From positions 1,008,133 to 1,072,132 of the forward strand of contig CAWHUA010000008.1 of assembly GCA_963832375.1 (NCBI GenBank): a stretch of 64,000 bases of DNA. Reading direction: 5' to 3'. Source of the DNA: Vicinamibacterales bacterium. Its GTDB lineage: Bacteria > Acidobacteriota > Vicinamibacteria > Vicinamibacterales > JAMQPK01. This document shows positions 20,533 to 30,480 of the stretch, in pieces. Made by a program: the position numbers and the translations under genes. Within the stretch, counting starts at the first letter, position 1. Each line of letters starts with the position of its first letter. The notes beneath the pieces are model-generated. The model was not told the DNA's origin. It saw nothing but the letters and a program-made list of their open reading frames with translations, and searched no databases.

Positions 20533-21762
20533 CTACTTCGGCGACATCGTCTTCAGACGCGCCAGCAACTGTTGGTGGTGCGCGATGAACCGATCGTAGG
20601 TGCCGAACTGGTGCCACTCGAGAATCCGCTCGATGTCGAAGTAGTCCTGCTGGGCCTGGCGCAGCGCGGAAAACCGTCCCTGTCCTCCACGCGCGGGTGC
20701 GGCGCCCGGTGCGGCTGTCAGTTTCCCGAGTGCGTTTTCGATGTCGAGCAGGAGAAGGTTGATCTCCTTGATCTTCTGCTGGCGCGGCGGCACGTTGGCC
20801 GGCGGGTTGACCAGCGCTTCGGCCAGAATCCGTCCGTCCGCGTTCAGCGGCGGGTTCACCCCCATGAGGTAGCAGAGCGTGGGCACGGTATCGATCGCCT
20901 CCGTATAGTCGAAGGTGACGCCCTTCTTGATGCCGGGGCCCACCATCACGAGCGGCATCGTCCAGGCCTCCGGGACGTTCGCGGGATGCCCGCCTGCGGT
21001 CTGCTCGCCGTGGTCGCCGGTGATGAACATCACCGTCTTTTCCCACTTGCCGCTTTTCTTCAGCGCGTCGACGAACTGGCCGAGGTACACGTCCTGCTGT
21101 TGCAGCGCTCTTATATAAGGTGAGCCCTCGGCCCAGATGTTGTCCTTGTAGGGCGAACCCGCAGGCGCGCTGCGGCTCTCGCCTGCAGCCACGCCGGTGT
21201 CCTGCATGTGAATCCACATGAACGTGGGATTGACTTCGCGAAGAAACGTCGTCGCCCAGAACAGTGTCTTATCGTTTCCCACGTTGTAGCCGGCCGCACG
21301 CATCCCGGATCCGCCCGCCTGCGCCGTGTAGTGGAAACTGCCGTCGAGCGAGCGATAGCTGATCTCGTTCACCACGTGCGCCGTGATCTTGAGCGGGAAG
21401 AACGAATCCTGCACGTACTTCTGCTTGCCGCCCGGCAGGATCATGGCCGTGCCGGACATCTGCACCACATTCGGAATCGATGATGTGTAACCGTTTTGCG
21501 CCCACGGACTGGGTGGGAACCCATTGGACGGGTCGGCCGTCTGCACGGTCCAGTTCTGACGGAAGTACGCGCCCTGCGCCATGAGCGCTTCGAAGTTCGG
21601 CATCTTCACGTGCCCCGGCGCTTTGTCGCTGAGGCCGTCGACAGTATAGAGAATCGCGATCTCCGGACGCGGGGCCGCCGCCGGTTGTTGCGCGTCAATG
21701 TTCAGAGGAATGAAAGAAAGCGCAGCAGCAAAGCTGACGCACGCGACCAGGAAACGTTTCAT
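20533..21762 (-). CDS. Alkaline-phosphatase-superfamily (nucleotide pyrophosphatase-like) secreted protein
   Basis: YTVDGL, MPNFEAL, TSSIPN, HMQDTG, ITGDHG, MVGPGIKKG. Confidence 0.8.
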   Translation of the reverse strand: MKRFLVACVSFAAALSFIPLNIDAQQPAAAPRPEIAILYTVDGLSDKAPGHVKMPNFEALMAQGAYFRQNWTVQTADPSNGFPPSPWAQNGYTSSIPNVVQMSGTAMILPGGKQKYVQDSFFPLKITAHVVNEISYRSLDGSFHYTAQAGGSGMRAAGYNVGNDKTLFWATTFLREVNPTFMWIHMQDTGVAAGESRSAPAGSPYKDNIWAEGSPYIRALQQQDVYLGQFVDALKKSGKWEKTVMFITGDHGEQTAGGHPANVPEAWTMPLVMVGPGIKKGVTFDYTEAIDTVPTLCYLMGVNPPLNADGRILAEALVNPPANVPPRQQKIKEINLLLLDIENALGKLTAAPGAAPARGGQGRFSALRQAQQDYFDIERILEWHQFGTYDRFIAHHQQLLARLKTMSPK

Positions 21763-21975
21763 GGCGACCTCCAGGGATTCAGACACCCGCGCGGCGATGT
21801 CGGATGAGGAGGAGTAGACACCAAAACCCGGCGCCGCGCAAACGACGGACCGAACCTGCACTCTACAACTGGGCGCGTCCAGGAGAGTAACCCTTCGGGG
21901 AATAGACGAAGCGGCCGCCAGCGAGTACAAAACTCCTGCAATAAATCCGTTGAGCAGACAGCAAAAGGAGAAGAT

Positions 21976-23130
21976 ATGGTGACCAACGTGAAGGAAGGCA
22001 ACCCGCCTCGTCGTCTTGCGTGGGTGCTGGGCGCCCTGGTGTTCGCGGCGATGTTCAGCATCTTCAGCGCCGAATCAGAGGCGGGAACGCACTGGGTCGG
22101 CAGCTGCGGCGCCACTCTCATGGGCGACGAAACCTACGTCCTGGTGGAGGACATCGAATGCGACGTCTTCCCGGCCATCACGGTGGTCGGACCGGCGAAG
22201 CTGCAGTTGAACGGATATTCCGTGAGCTGCCTCATCGAGGACGAGGTGCCGGAACACTCAATCGGCATCCTCGTCGAAGGCCACGACGGCGACGTGCTCG
22301 GCAGCGGCAAGACGGCGCCGCGGCTGGCCGCCAACACGGTCACAGGCTGCGAGACGGGCGTCCACGTCAACGGCGACGGCAAACATCGCGTTCAGGGCGT
22401 CACCGTGACGAGAAGCACGGACGCCGCGTTCCTCATCGAGTCCGACGAGAACAAGATCGTCGGCAATATCATCCGGCAGAACCGAATCTGGAATGGGCCA
22501 TTCCCCTCAGTGTTGCTCTTCCCCGTTGAAGGAAGCGGCTTCGTCGTCGAGGGCGACGAAAATCTGCTCGTCGCGAATTCCGCCGCCGACGTGGAAGGCG
22601 ACTACGGCGACGGCGTCGCAGATCCAGATGCAGCGTACAGCATCCACGGGAACTGGAACGTGCTGGAGGGCAATCTCGCTAACGACAACGAGGCGTACGG
22701 ATTCCTCGTCGCCGGTTCGAACAACACGCTGGACGGGAACTCGGCCCTGAAAAACCTCACGGATGGGTTCTTCATCGCGGCCGACGCGACCAAGAACGTG
22801 CTCAAGCACAACAAGGGTTTCGAGAACGGCGATGAGCCGAAGGATGGGGACGCCGCTTCGGGTTTCCACGTCGCAGGCCCGGGCAACACGCTGGAAGAGA
22901 ACCTCGCGATGCGAAACGGCTTCTACGGCATCCACGTGGCGGAGGGGGCGATCGGCAACGAGGTCAGCAAGAACACGGCGTTCGACAACCTCGGATGGGA
23001 CGAAGTAGAAGATGTTAATCCCGACGTCATCGGCGGCTCCAGGATCGACCTCCTCGACGAAAACGCTTGCGGGGCGAACAAGTGGACCCTCAACGTCTTC
23101 GGCGTCCGGTCGCAGTCCTGCATCAAGTAA
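21976..23130 (+). CDS. Secreted right-handed parallel beta-helix protein
   Basis: Repeated N-x-L-x-x-N-x-A-x-x-N..GF motifs; AAGGAG SD. Confidence 0.85.
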   Translation: MVTNVKEGNPPRRLAWVLGALVFAAMFSIFSAESEAGTHWVGSCGATLMGDETYVLVEDIECDVFPAITVVGPAKLQLNGYSVSCLIEDEVPEHSIGILVEGHDGDVLGSGKTAPRLAANTVTGCETGVHVNGDGKHRVQGVTVTRSTDAAFLIESDENKIVGNIIRQNRIWNGPFPSVLLFPVEGSGFVVEGDENLLVANSAADVEGDYGDGVADPDAAYSIHGNWNVLEGNLANDNEAYGFLVAGSNNTLDGNSALKNLTDGFFIAADATKNVLKHNKGFENGDEPKDGDAASGFHVAGPGNTLEENLAMRNGFYGIHVAEGAIGNEVSKNTAFDNLGWDEVEDVNPDVIGGSRIDLLDENACGANKWTLNVFGVRSQSCIK

Positions 23131-23149
23131 CCTCGGCGTAGTCTGAATT

Positions 23150-23179
23150 CAGGTCGGGTGCGGCGGCGCACCCGACCTG
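23150..23179 (+). terminator. Hairpin terminator
   Basis: CAGGTCGGGTGCG-gcgg-CGCACCCGACCTG after stop 23130. Confidence 0.65.
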
Positions 23180-23185
23180 TTCCTC

Positions 23186-23421
23186 GCGCAACTGAAGTTG
23201 CGCCCTACCTTCAATTGAAATTGCGCCGTGCCTTCAACTGAAGTTGCGCCCTGCCTTCAACTCCCAGCCGAATGAACTAGTCCGCCGGGCTAATCCCATT
23301 GCTGAATTGACCGTCGTACGGGTCACCTGTAGAGTGACTGACGCCCCGACCCCGCCGCCTGGATCTGCCACGGAAAACGCATGGGGCCGCTGATCTAAAG
23401 GTAGGGCAACTTCAGTTGCGC
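23186..23421. repeat. GTAG-type REP cluster: three tandem 23-bp units plus one inverted copy
   Basis: GCGCAACTGAAGTTGCGCCCTAC and variants at 23186-23262; GTAGGGCAACTTCAGTTGCGC at 23401-23421. Confidence 0.75.
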
Positions 23422-23439
23422 CAAGTTGGAGTCGATTGC

Positions 23440-24360
23440 ATGGCGTCCATGATGCTCAGTCTCAGACTGCTCGTCGCCCTGGTACTGGCGGCCCCCGCGC
23501 TGACGGGATGCTGGGAGTTGCCTGCGCTCACCGAGGAAGACGTGCGGGATCCGGAACCACCCGCGTTCGATCCCGCGAACTTCGTCGATCCCACTCTGAG
23601 CACCAACCCGCACCAGCCCACGCGCCCCGGCTTGCAATGGGTTCGCGGCGGTACCACCGAGGTTGGACTACGCAAGGTCCCTCACGTGGTCATCAGCACC
23701 ATGACCGACGTCGTCCGGATGATCGACGGGGTGCCCTGCATTGCCATGCTGGATCAGTCGGCGGATTCCGGCGAGATCTCCCAGGTCGGGTTCGACTACC
23801 TTGCCCTCGACAAGGACGGCAACGTCTGGCTCATGGGCGGGTACGCAGAAGATTACGAGGGCGGCCAGTTCACCGTCCCCGAAACCGCGTGGCTGGGAGC
23901 GACCGGTGGCCTCCATACCCTTCACCAGAATAGCCGCGGTCCAAAACGCACGAGCATCACGGGGATCCTCGTCCCGAAGGTCGTGACGATGGAGACACCG
24001 CGCTGGTACATCAGCACGTCGGGAGACGAAGACCCGTCCGGTGCGGAACCGTTCGCTCTTGGAGAAAACGTGACCGTCGCGTTCGGAGAGTTCAAGAATG
24101 TGACCGTCGTGCTCGAGGGAGCGCTCAGAGCGATCGACAACGAGCTGAAGTATTACGCGCCCGGCGTCGGCGTGGTGCTGAACATGCCCCGCGACGCAAG
24201 TATTCACCAGGATCATTTCGAGTTGGTGAACTTCATCGAGCTCTCGCCTGCAGGCCTCGCGGAGGTGAGTCAGGTGGTGCTCGATCTCGAGGAACACGCG
24301 CGAACGACGGCGCCCGCCGTGTACGGGTCGGCGCCCAAAGCCAAGCGGGTGCGACAATGA
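23440..24360 (+). CDS. Lipoprotein heading the ABC exporter operon
   Basis: LTGC lipobox; DKDGNVWLMG, KYYAPGVGVV; ATGA overlap with next gene. Confidence 0.8.
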   Translation: MASMMLSLRLLVALVLAAPALTGCWELPALTEEDVRDPEPPAFDPANFVDPTLSTNPHQPTRPGLQWVRGGTTEVGLRKVPHVVISTMTDVVRMIDGVPCIAMLDQSADSGEISQVGFDYLALDKDGNVWLMGGYAEDYEGGQFTVPETAWLGATGGLHTLHQNSRGPKRTSITGILVPKVVTMETPRWYISTSGDEDPSGAEPFALGENVTVAFGEFKNVTVVLEGALRAIDNELKYYAPGVGVVLNMPRDASIHQDHFELVNFIELSPAGLAEVSQVVLDLEEHARTTAPAVYGSAPKAKRVRQ

Positions 24361-25019
24361 CAACCCCTCTCGTCAGGCTCAGCGGCGTATCGAAGAGTTT
24401 TCCGTCGTCCAACGGCGCCACGAACGTGCTGGACGAGGTGGACTTCGAAATCAAGGCGGGACAGAAGGTGAGCCTGGTCGGCGCCTCCGGCAGCGGCAAG
24501 TCGACCCTGCTGTCCTTGATTGCCGGACTCGTTTCACCGGACAACGGGACGGTCGAGTTTGACGGCGTTCCGCTGAACAACCTCGACGATGACGGGCGCA
24601 CGGCCCTTCGCGCGCGCCAGATCGGCATCGCGCTGCAGTCCGAGAATCTCATCCCGTTCCTGACCGTGCTCGAGAACGTCGAGCTCGCGCTCGATTTCGG
24701 CGGTCATCGTGACGCACGGTCACGAGCGATGGAACTGCTGACCCGCATGGGCGTCGCCCACCGCGCCAGTCACCTGCCCCGTCAGGTCTCGGGTGGCGAG
24801 GCCCAGCGTGTGGTGCTGGCGGTGGCGATGGCCAATAAACCACGACTCCTGCTGGCCGATGAAATGGTGACCGCGCTCGACGCCGTCACAGCGGGCACGG
24901 TCGTCAGCGACATCTTCAGAACCGACATGGCCGTGTTCTTCGTCACGCACGACACGACGCTGGCAGACCAGGCCGACGTGCGCCTGTGGTTACGCAATGG
25001 ACAGGTGGTCACACGATGA
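24357..25019 (+). CDS. ABC transporter ATP-binding protein (LolD/MacB-like)
   Basis: GASGSGKS, VSGGE, LLLADE, VTHD. Confidence 0.92.
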   Translation: MTTPLVRLSGVSKSFPSSNGATNVLDEVDFEIKAGQKVSLVGASGSGKSTLLSLIAGLVSPDNGTVEFDGVPLNNLDDDGRTALRARQIGIALQSENLIPFLTVLENVELALDFGGHRDARSRAMELLTRMGVAHRASHLPRQVSGGEAQRVVLAVAMANKPRLLLADEMVTALDAVTAGTVVSDIFRTDMAVFFVTHDTTLADQADVRLWLRNGQVVTR

Positions 25020-25708
25020 GCGACAGAAATACCATCGAAGTCCGCGACCTGGTTGTCGAACATCCGACCGTCTCGGGTGCACTCCGCGTCCTGAACTGTC
25101 CAACCCTGAAAATTGCCGGAGGCACGACCACGGCCATCACCGGACGGAGCGGAAGCGGGAAATCAACGCTCCTTGGCGTGCTGTCCGGCCTGGGCATGCC
25201 GACCGGCGGCTCGGTGACGATCGGTGCCACCAACCTGACGGCCCTGCCCGAAGACAGGCGCGTGGCCTTTCGCAAGGACGTAATCGGCCTGGTGTATCAG
25301 GCCGACAACCTGCTTCCGTTCCTCACCGTCGCGGAGAACATCCAGCTCCAGTTGACGCTGTGCGGGGATCACGATCAGACGGAACACCGGATAACGGATC
25401 TCCTGAACCGGTTGGGGTTGGGCGATCTGGTGGATCGGCTCCCCGACCAGCTGTCGGGCGGGCAGCGTCAGCGCGTGGCCGTTGCGCGCGCCATCGTCCA
25501 CCGGCCGGCGGTGATCCTCGCCGACGAGCCCACCGGCGCACTGGACGAAGACAACGCGGCCGTCGTCATCCAGCTCCTGCTCAACGCGCACGAGCGCCTC
25601 GGGTCGACGCTGGTCGTCGTCACCCACGACATGTCGATCGCCAACCGTATGAGCCGGGTGGTCGAGCTCGGCGACGGTTCCATCGTGAGAGATCGTCAGA
25701 GTTCCTGA
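25016..25708 (+). CDS. Second ABC transporter ATP-binding protein (LolD-like)
   Basis: GRSGSGKS, LSGGQRQRV, ADEPTG, VTHD; ATGA overlap. Confidence 0.92.
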   Translation: MSDRNTIEVRDLVVEHPTVSGALRVLNCPTLKIAGGTTTAITGRSGSGKSTLLGVLSGLGMPTGGSVTIGATNLTALPEDRRVAFRKDVIGLVYQADNLLPFLTVAENIQLQLTLCGDHDQTEHRITDLLNRLGLGDLVDRLPDQLSGGQRQRVAVARAIVHRPAVILADEPTGALDEDNAAVVIQLLLNAHERLGSTLVVVTHDMSIANRMSRVVELGDGSIVRDRQSS

Positions 25709-25717
25709 GAGGTTCTC

Positions 25718-28700
25718 ATGTTTGCGAAGTATGTCTGGGCCGACCTGGTCCGCAATCCGCGCCGCACCCTCTCCACCATGATCGGCGTGATCCTCGGGGT
25801 GGGACTGGCGTGCGCCATCCTGTTCTTCGTCGACGGTCTGTCGTCTTCGATGACCGAACAGGCCGTCTCGCCCCTGGCGATCGATATGCAGCTCATCCAG
25901 ACCAATCCCGTTTCTGGTGATCTGCGGCTGGGGTTAGACGTGACACCCGCCGGCAAGGCAGCCGCCGGCGACGTCATCCAGGTACGGCTCACCGTCAAGA
26001 ACCACGGCAACACGCCCGCCAACGAAGTCGTGGTGCGTTCCCTTCCTGCCTCGGGCCTTGCCTATCGCACCGGTTCGACCGTGGCAAACGGCCAGGCGGT
26101 GCCCGAAGAAGGAGAGAGTCCCCTGGCTCGCGGCGGGGCCCGGATGGGCCTGAATATCGGAACCGTCGAGCCCGGCGCCACAATCGAGATCCGCTACGAG
26201 GCGACGGTATCGGAAGCGCGCGATATTTCGGTTGCGGCGTTTCCGTCCACGATCTCCTCCCGAGAAGCCCTCCTTCCAGTTGCGGCAAATACCGGCAAGC
26301 AGCCTGGCCTGACTGAACTGGCGAGCCGCATCAGGTCGGTCGATGGCGTGTCGTCAGCCGAACAGCTCTCCTTTGTCGATCTCCCGCCCGGGTCGCTCTC
26401 GGCCGCTGTTCCTGTGGTCGGTCAGGTGCGCCTGTTCGGGTTCGATCCGGGCTACGTGGCGCAGGATGCGACGATCACGATTGTCGAAGGCGCGCAAGTA
26501 CCGGGCGAAGCGCTCGTCAGCGCCGAGGCTGCACGGGCTCTCTCTGTCGGGCTTCACGATGCCATCTCGGTGAAGCTGCCCGATGGCACGCAGTTGGAGA
26601 GACGGATCAGCGGGATTGTCGATCTCACGCGGGCCCGTTCGCTCTTCCTGAGCCGCCTGGGCACCAACCTCGAGCTGTTCTTCTATGTCCCGGCCTCGGT
26701 CATCGTCGATGCGGCGGCCTTCGACGAGCTCGTCATGCCGGCGTTCGAGCGGGCGAATACGGGCCGGGGCGAGCGGCCCAAGATGCTGCCCGTGCGCGAA
26801 GTTGACGTGCGCGTCCGCCGCGAGCTGCTCGAAACCGAACCGGTGGCGGCGCTCGCCCAGACGGCGCGCATCGCGACGTCAGTGATGGGCGCAACGCTCG
26901 ATCATCACCAGAAGCGGCTCGACGATGGCGGGGTCAACCAGCAGAGCTTTCTGCTCGACAACATTTCGAATACGTTGACGGTGGCCCGCGACGATGCGGC
27001 GGTGGCCAAGCGCATGTTTCTCTTTCTGAGTATTCCCGGCGCGATGCTGGCGGCGTTGCTGGGCGCCTACGCGGGCATCGTGCTGGCGGGGGCTCAGCGC
27101 CGGGAGCAGGCCATCTTGCGTGTGCGCGGAGCCACCCGGCGAAACCTGCTGTGGATGCTGTGGTTGCGTGTCGCGTGGATCACGGCGGGTGGAGCGGCGG
27201 TCGGTCTCGTGCTGGGCTACGCCTCGGTTGTCGCCGTCCTCGGCGGCGACACGCTGGCACGCGTGACGACACAGAGTCTCGCCGTCTCCGGGATCCTCGG
27301 GACAGTCTTCGGGCTGTTGGGGACGGGCGCCGCGCTCTACTGGACCGGGCGCTCGACCATCGATCGCGGAGTCCATACGGATCGGCTAGGGCTGGCGACT
27401 CAGCGGCCCATGTGGCTACGCTACGACCTCGACCTCGTGGCACTGGCGGCGCTCATCATCGCCACGGTATTGGCCGTTTCGACCAACAGCTTCGAGGGAA
27501 TTCCGGGCTCGGTGTATGAAGGTCGTTCGGTCGAGCTGTCTCTGAGCCTGCTCCTGTTGCCCATCGCGGCATGGGTGGCGGCAAGCCTGTTCGGCGGACG
27601 GCTCTTCGCCGGCCTGTTGTCGCACCTCTCGACAAGCGCCCCCACGGGTTCGATGAGCGCGCTTTCGCTCCTCTACTGGCGGAGCTTGAAACGGCGCTCG
27701 TGGTCGCTCGTCGTGGCCACGCTGATCCTGGGCATGATCGTCGCGCTGGCCACGAGCCTGGCCGTCTTCACGGCTTCGTACGACGCGGCGAAGGTGGCCG
27801 ACGCACGATATACGGTTGGCTCCGACCTCAAAATCACCCCGCGCCCCGCCAGCAAGCGCACGTACAAGGCCGAGGACGCCTCGAGCCTTACCGTCGCAGG
27901 GATCGACATGGTGGTTCCGGTCATTTACGGTGTGCACAACGTCCAGCTTCGCTCGTATCGCACGACAGACATCGTGAACCTGGCGGCGCTCGATCCGACC
28001 GCCTACGCCACGGTCGCCCCCTTCGAAGAGGCTCACTTCCTGAAAAGCTCGCCGAGCGAGGGCCTGCGCATCCTTGCCGACGAGCCCAACGCGCTCTTGC
28101 TCAGCCAGGAGATCGCCGAATTCATCAGGGTGCAGGAAGGGGATACCGTCTGGGTGTTGCTCGGGCGCGGCACCGCAGAGCAGGTTGAGATCGAGACGAA
28201 GGTGCGGGTGCTGTACGAACGGTTGCCCGGCTTTCCGGACGGCGCCGACGCGCTCATGGACATCAAGCAGTACCAGAAGGCCATTCCCTCGGCTGTTCCG
28301 ACCTTCTTTCTGGCACGGACGAGCGAGCGCTCGGATGTCCAACTTGAACAGGCGGCCGCGGCGCTCCACAGCGGCCCTGGTGCTGCAGACGCCTTGCGCG
28401 TCGACACTCGCCTGACCGCGCTCGGCAAAGATCAGTCGAGCCTGGCGTCGCTCAACATCAATGGCCTCCTGAGGCTCGATTCTGCCTATTCCCTGGCGAT
28501 GGGCACGGTCACAGTCGCGATTTTCGTCTTTGGCCTCCTGCTCCAGCGCCGGCGCGAGTACGTCACGTTGCGGGCACAGGGCATGTCGCCGAAGAGCATC
28601 CAGACCTTCATTGGCGCTGAAGCCGGCACCACCGCGGTCATGGGCTGCGTGCTGGGGGTGGTGGTAGGACTGGCGATGGCCTACTACTTTATCAATGTCC

Positions 28701-28858
28701 TCCGCCCTCTCTTCGTGCTGAAGCCCGAGTTCGTCGTGCCGTTGTCATCGGTGAGCGCGATCCTGGCTTTGATCCTCGTGGCAACGGTCGTCACCTCGAT
28801 GGCGGCATCGGCACTTGTGAATCAACTGCAGGCCATGGAGCTCCTGCGCGACGAGTAA
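25718..28858 (+). CDS. Double FtsX/MacB-type permease with DUF11-like Ig insert
   Basis: RNPRRT N-terminus, QRREQAILRVRGA and RRREYVTLRAQG FtsX motifs; AAAGDVIQVRLTVKNHGN..LAYRTGST. Confidence 0.88.
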   Translation: MFAKYVWADLVRNPRRTLSTMIGVILGVGLACAILFFVDGLSSSMTEQAVSPLAIDMQLIQTNPVSGDLRLGLDVTPAGKAAAGDVIQVRLTVKNHGNTPANEVVVRSLPASGLAYRTGSTVANGQAVPEEGESPLARGGARMGLNIGTVEPGATIEIRYEATVSEARDISVAAFPSTISSREALLPVAANTGKQPGLTELASRIRSVDGVSSAEQLSFVDLPPGSLSAAVPVVGQVRLFGFDPGYVAQDATITIVEGAQVPGEALVSAEAARALSVGLHDAISVKLPDGTQLERRISGIVDLTRARSLFLSRLGTNLELFFYVPASVIVDAAAFDELVMPAFERANTGRGERPKMLPVREVDVRVRRELLETEPVAALAQTARIATSVMGATLDHHQKRLDDGGVNQQSFLLDNISNTLTVARDDAAVAKRMFLFLSIPGAMLAALLGAYAGIVLAGAQRREQAILRVRGATRRNLLWMLWLRVAWITAGGAAVGLVLGYASVVAVLGGDTLARVTTQSLAVSGILGTVFGLLGTGAALYWTGRSTIDRGVHTDRLGLATQRPMWLRYDLDLVALAALIIATVLAVSTNSFEGIPGSVYEGRSVELSLSLLLLPIAAWVAASLFGGRLFAGLLSHLSTSAPTGSMSALSLLYWRSLKRRSWSLVVATLILGMIVALATSLAVFTASYDAAKVADARYTVGSDLKITPRPASKRTYKAEDASSLTVAGIDMVVPVIYGVHNVQLRSYRTTDIVNLAALDPTAYATVAPFEEAHFLKSSPSEGLRILADEPNALLLSQEIAEFIRVQEGDTVWVLLGRGTAEQVEIETKVRVLYERLPGFPDGADALMDIKQYQKAIPSAVPTFFLARTSERSDVQLEQAAAALHSGPGAADALRVDTRLTALGKDQSSLASLNINGLLRLDSAYSLAMGTVTVAIFVFGLLLQRRREYVTLRAQGMSPKSIQTFIGAEAGTTAVMGCVLGVVVGLAMAYYFINVLRPLFVLKPEFVVPLSSVSAILALILVATVVTSMAASALVNQLQAMELLRDE

Positions 28859-28908
28859 GGTTCACACACCTTGACGCGGTATACTCCCCAGAAAACAAGG
28901 AGGCTACC

Positions 28909-29910
28909 GTGATATCACCGAACACGTTGGTCGTGCTGGCCATGGTTTTGGGCGCGGTGCCCGCCCTGGCCCAGACCCCGGCTCCTGCTCCGGCGGCGCC
29001 ACCTGCGCGCGGCACGCAGCCGAACCACTGGTCCCAGCCTGGCGCGGAAAACGGTCCGGAACGCACCGTCTGGGCGGCGCAGAAGGATCCGGAGACACCC
29101 TATACGGGCGTCAACAAGCCACACTGGAAAATCGCCGACATTCTCAAGAAACATCAGGGACAACCGCGCTGGGAGGAGAAGGTCGTGCTGACGCGCGACT
29201 TCGACGGGCGCTACGTGCAGATGGCGCCGGGCGACAAGGCCAAGTGCGTGTTCTACGCCGACGACCGCGTCTTCGGCTGGGTCTACAGCGGCTCCGTGAA
29301 GATGACGATCGACGGCCAGGAGCCCAAGGTCATCTCCAAGGGCTGGGCGTTCAACGTGGCGCCGCGCCTGTCGTACTGCATGGAGACGGCCGGCGCCGAG
29401 CCGGTCATCTATTACCGCAACACGCCTGCCGGGCAGGTGCCCTCTTATCCGGAAAGCGAAACACCGACGCCCATTCCCGGCTACAAGTACATCAAGACCA
29501 AGATCACCTCGACCGGCGGTTACGACTCATTCAACGTCCCGTTCTTCAACGTAACGGAGTATGGCGATTCGACGCGCACGGGTCAGCGATTCCTGTACGA
29601 CGGCCATACGTCTTCGAACTTGAACCTTGGGATGCCGCTTAAGGAGCTGCCGCCTGCGACGAACTGGGGCCACTGGCACGCCAACATGGTGGAGCTCTGG
29701 GTGAATGTGTACGGCAACGTGTGTGCGCTGATCTCCGGCGTCGGCGTCGTCCATGGCGAAGTTGGGGATGTGATCAACGCCAATGAAGAACGCTGGCATC
29801 GCGCGACCAGCTGCCCGAACACCGGCAAGAGCATCCGCATGGCGATGACGCCGCGCAGCAAGGAAGGCCAGGTGCATTACTTCCAGACGGACTTACCGCA
29901 TGAAAAATAG
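28909..29910 (+). CDS. Secreted bicupin-like protein
   Basis: Signal peptide; C-terminal GHWH..E..WH cupin ligands; collinear with 32545..33549. Confidence 0.8.
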   Translation: MISPNTLVVLAMVLGAVPALAQTPAPAPAAPPARGTQPNHWSQPGAENGPERTVWAAQKDPETPYTGVNKPHWKIADILKKHQGQPRWEEKVVLTRDFDGRYVQMAPGDKAKCVFYADDRVFGWVYSGSVKMTIDGQEPKVISKGWAFNVAPRLSYCMETAGAEPVIYYRNTPAGQVPSYPESETPTPIPGYKYIKTKITSTGGYDSFNVPFFNVTEYGDSTRTGQRFLYDGHTSSNLNLGMPLKELPPATNWGHWHANMVELWVNVYGNVCALISGVGVVHGEVGDVINANEERWHRATSCPNTGKSIRMAMTPRSKEGQVHYFQTDLPHEK

Positions 29911-29913
29911 GGA

Positions 29914-29997
29914 TCGGTCGTCAGTTGTCAGTTCTCAGTTGTCAGTTCTGTGAATCACTGAAATCTGACGACTGACAACTGACGACTGATAACTGAT
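29914..29997. repeat. Inverted 7-bp tandem repeat cluster (TCAGTTG...CTGACGA/CTGACAA)
   Basis: Seen directly after stop 29910. Confidence 0.75.
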
Positions 29998-30012
29998 GCG
30001 CAGTCCCAACTC

Positions 30013-30468
30013 ATGAGCGATTCCGTAGTCGAGCGTTATCTGGAAGATTTCACGGTCGGTCAGACCTTCCGCACACGCGATCGGCACATCACCGCAGAAG
30101 AGATCAAGCGGTTTGCCGCGGATTTCGATCCGCAGCCGTTTCACCTGGACGAAGTTCTAGCTGAGGGCAGTGTGTTCAAAGGCCTTGCCGCCAGCGGCTG
30201 GCATACCGCCGCCCTCACCATGAAGCTGCTGGTCGAAAGTGACTTCGTTCCCTCCGGCGGCATGATTGGGCTCGGCTTCGAGGGCCGGTGGCCGAAGCCG
30301 GTGCGACCAGGCGACACACTGCACGTCGAGTCGGAAGTGGTCAATATCCGGCGGTCGAGCTCGAATCCTCTGCGCGGAGTGATGACCGTCCGCGCCACGA
30401 CGCTCAATCAGAACGGCGAGGCCGTGCAGCAATCAACGTTCAATCTGATCGTACCGTGTCGATCCTGA
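30013..30468 (+). CDS. MaoC-family dehydratase
   Basis: FAADFDPQPFHLD, GLAASGWHT, PVRPGDTL. Confidence 0.92.
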   Translation: MSDSVVERYLEDFTVGQTFRTRDRHITAEEIKRFAADFDPQPFHLDEVLAEGSVFKGLAASGWHTAALTMKLLVESDFVPSGGMIGLGFEGRWPKPVRPGDTLHVESEVVNIRRSSSNPLRGVMTVRATTLNQNGEAVQQSTFNLIVPCRS

Positions 30469-30480
30469 CGGCACACAACA

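Noticed and set aside
23186-23262. CRISPR-like 23-bp direct repeats
   Set aside because: Units are contiguous with no spacers, there are no cas genes, and they match REP hairpins.
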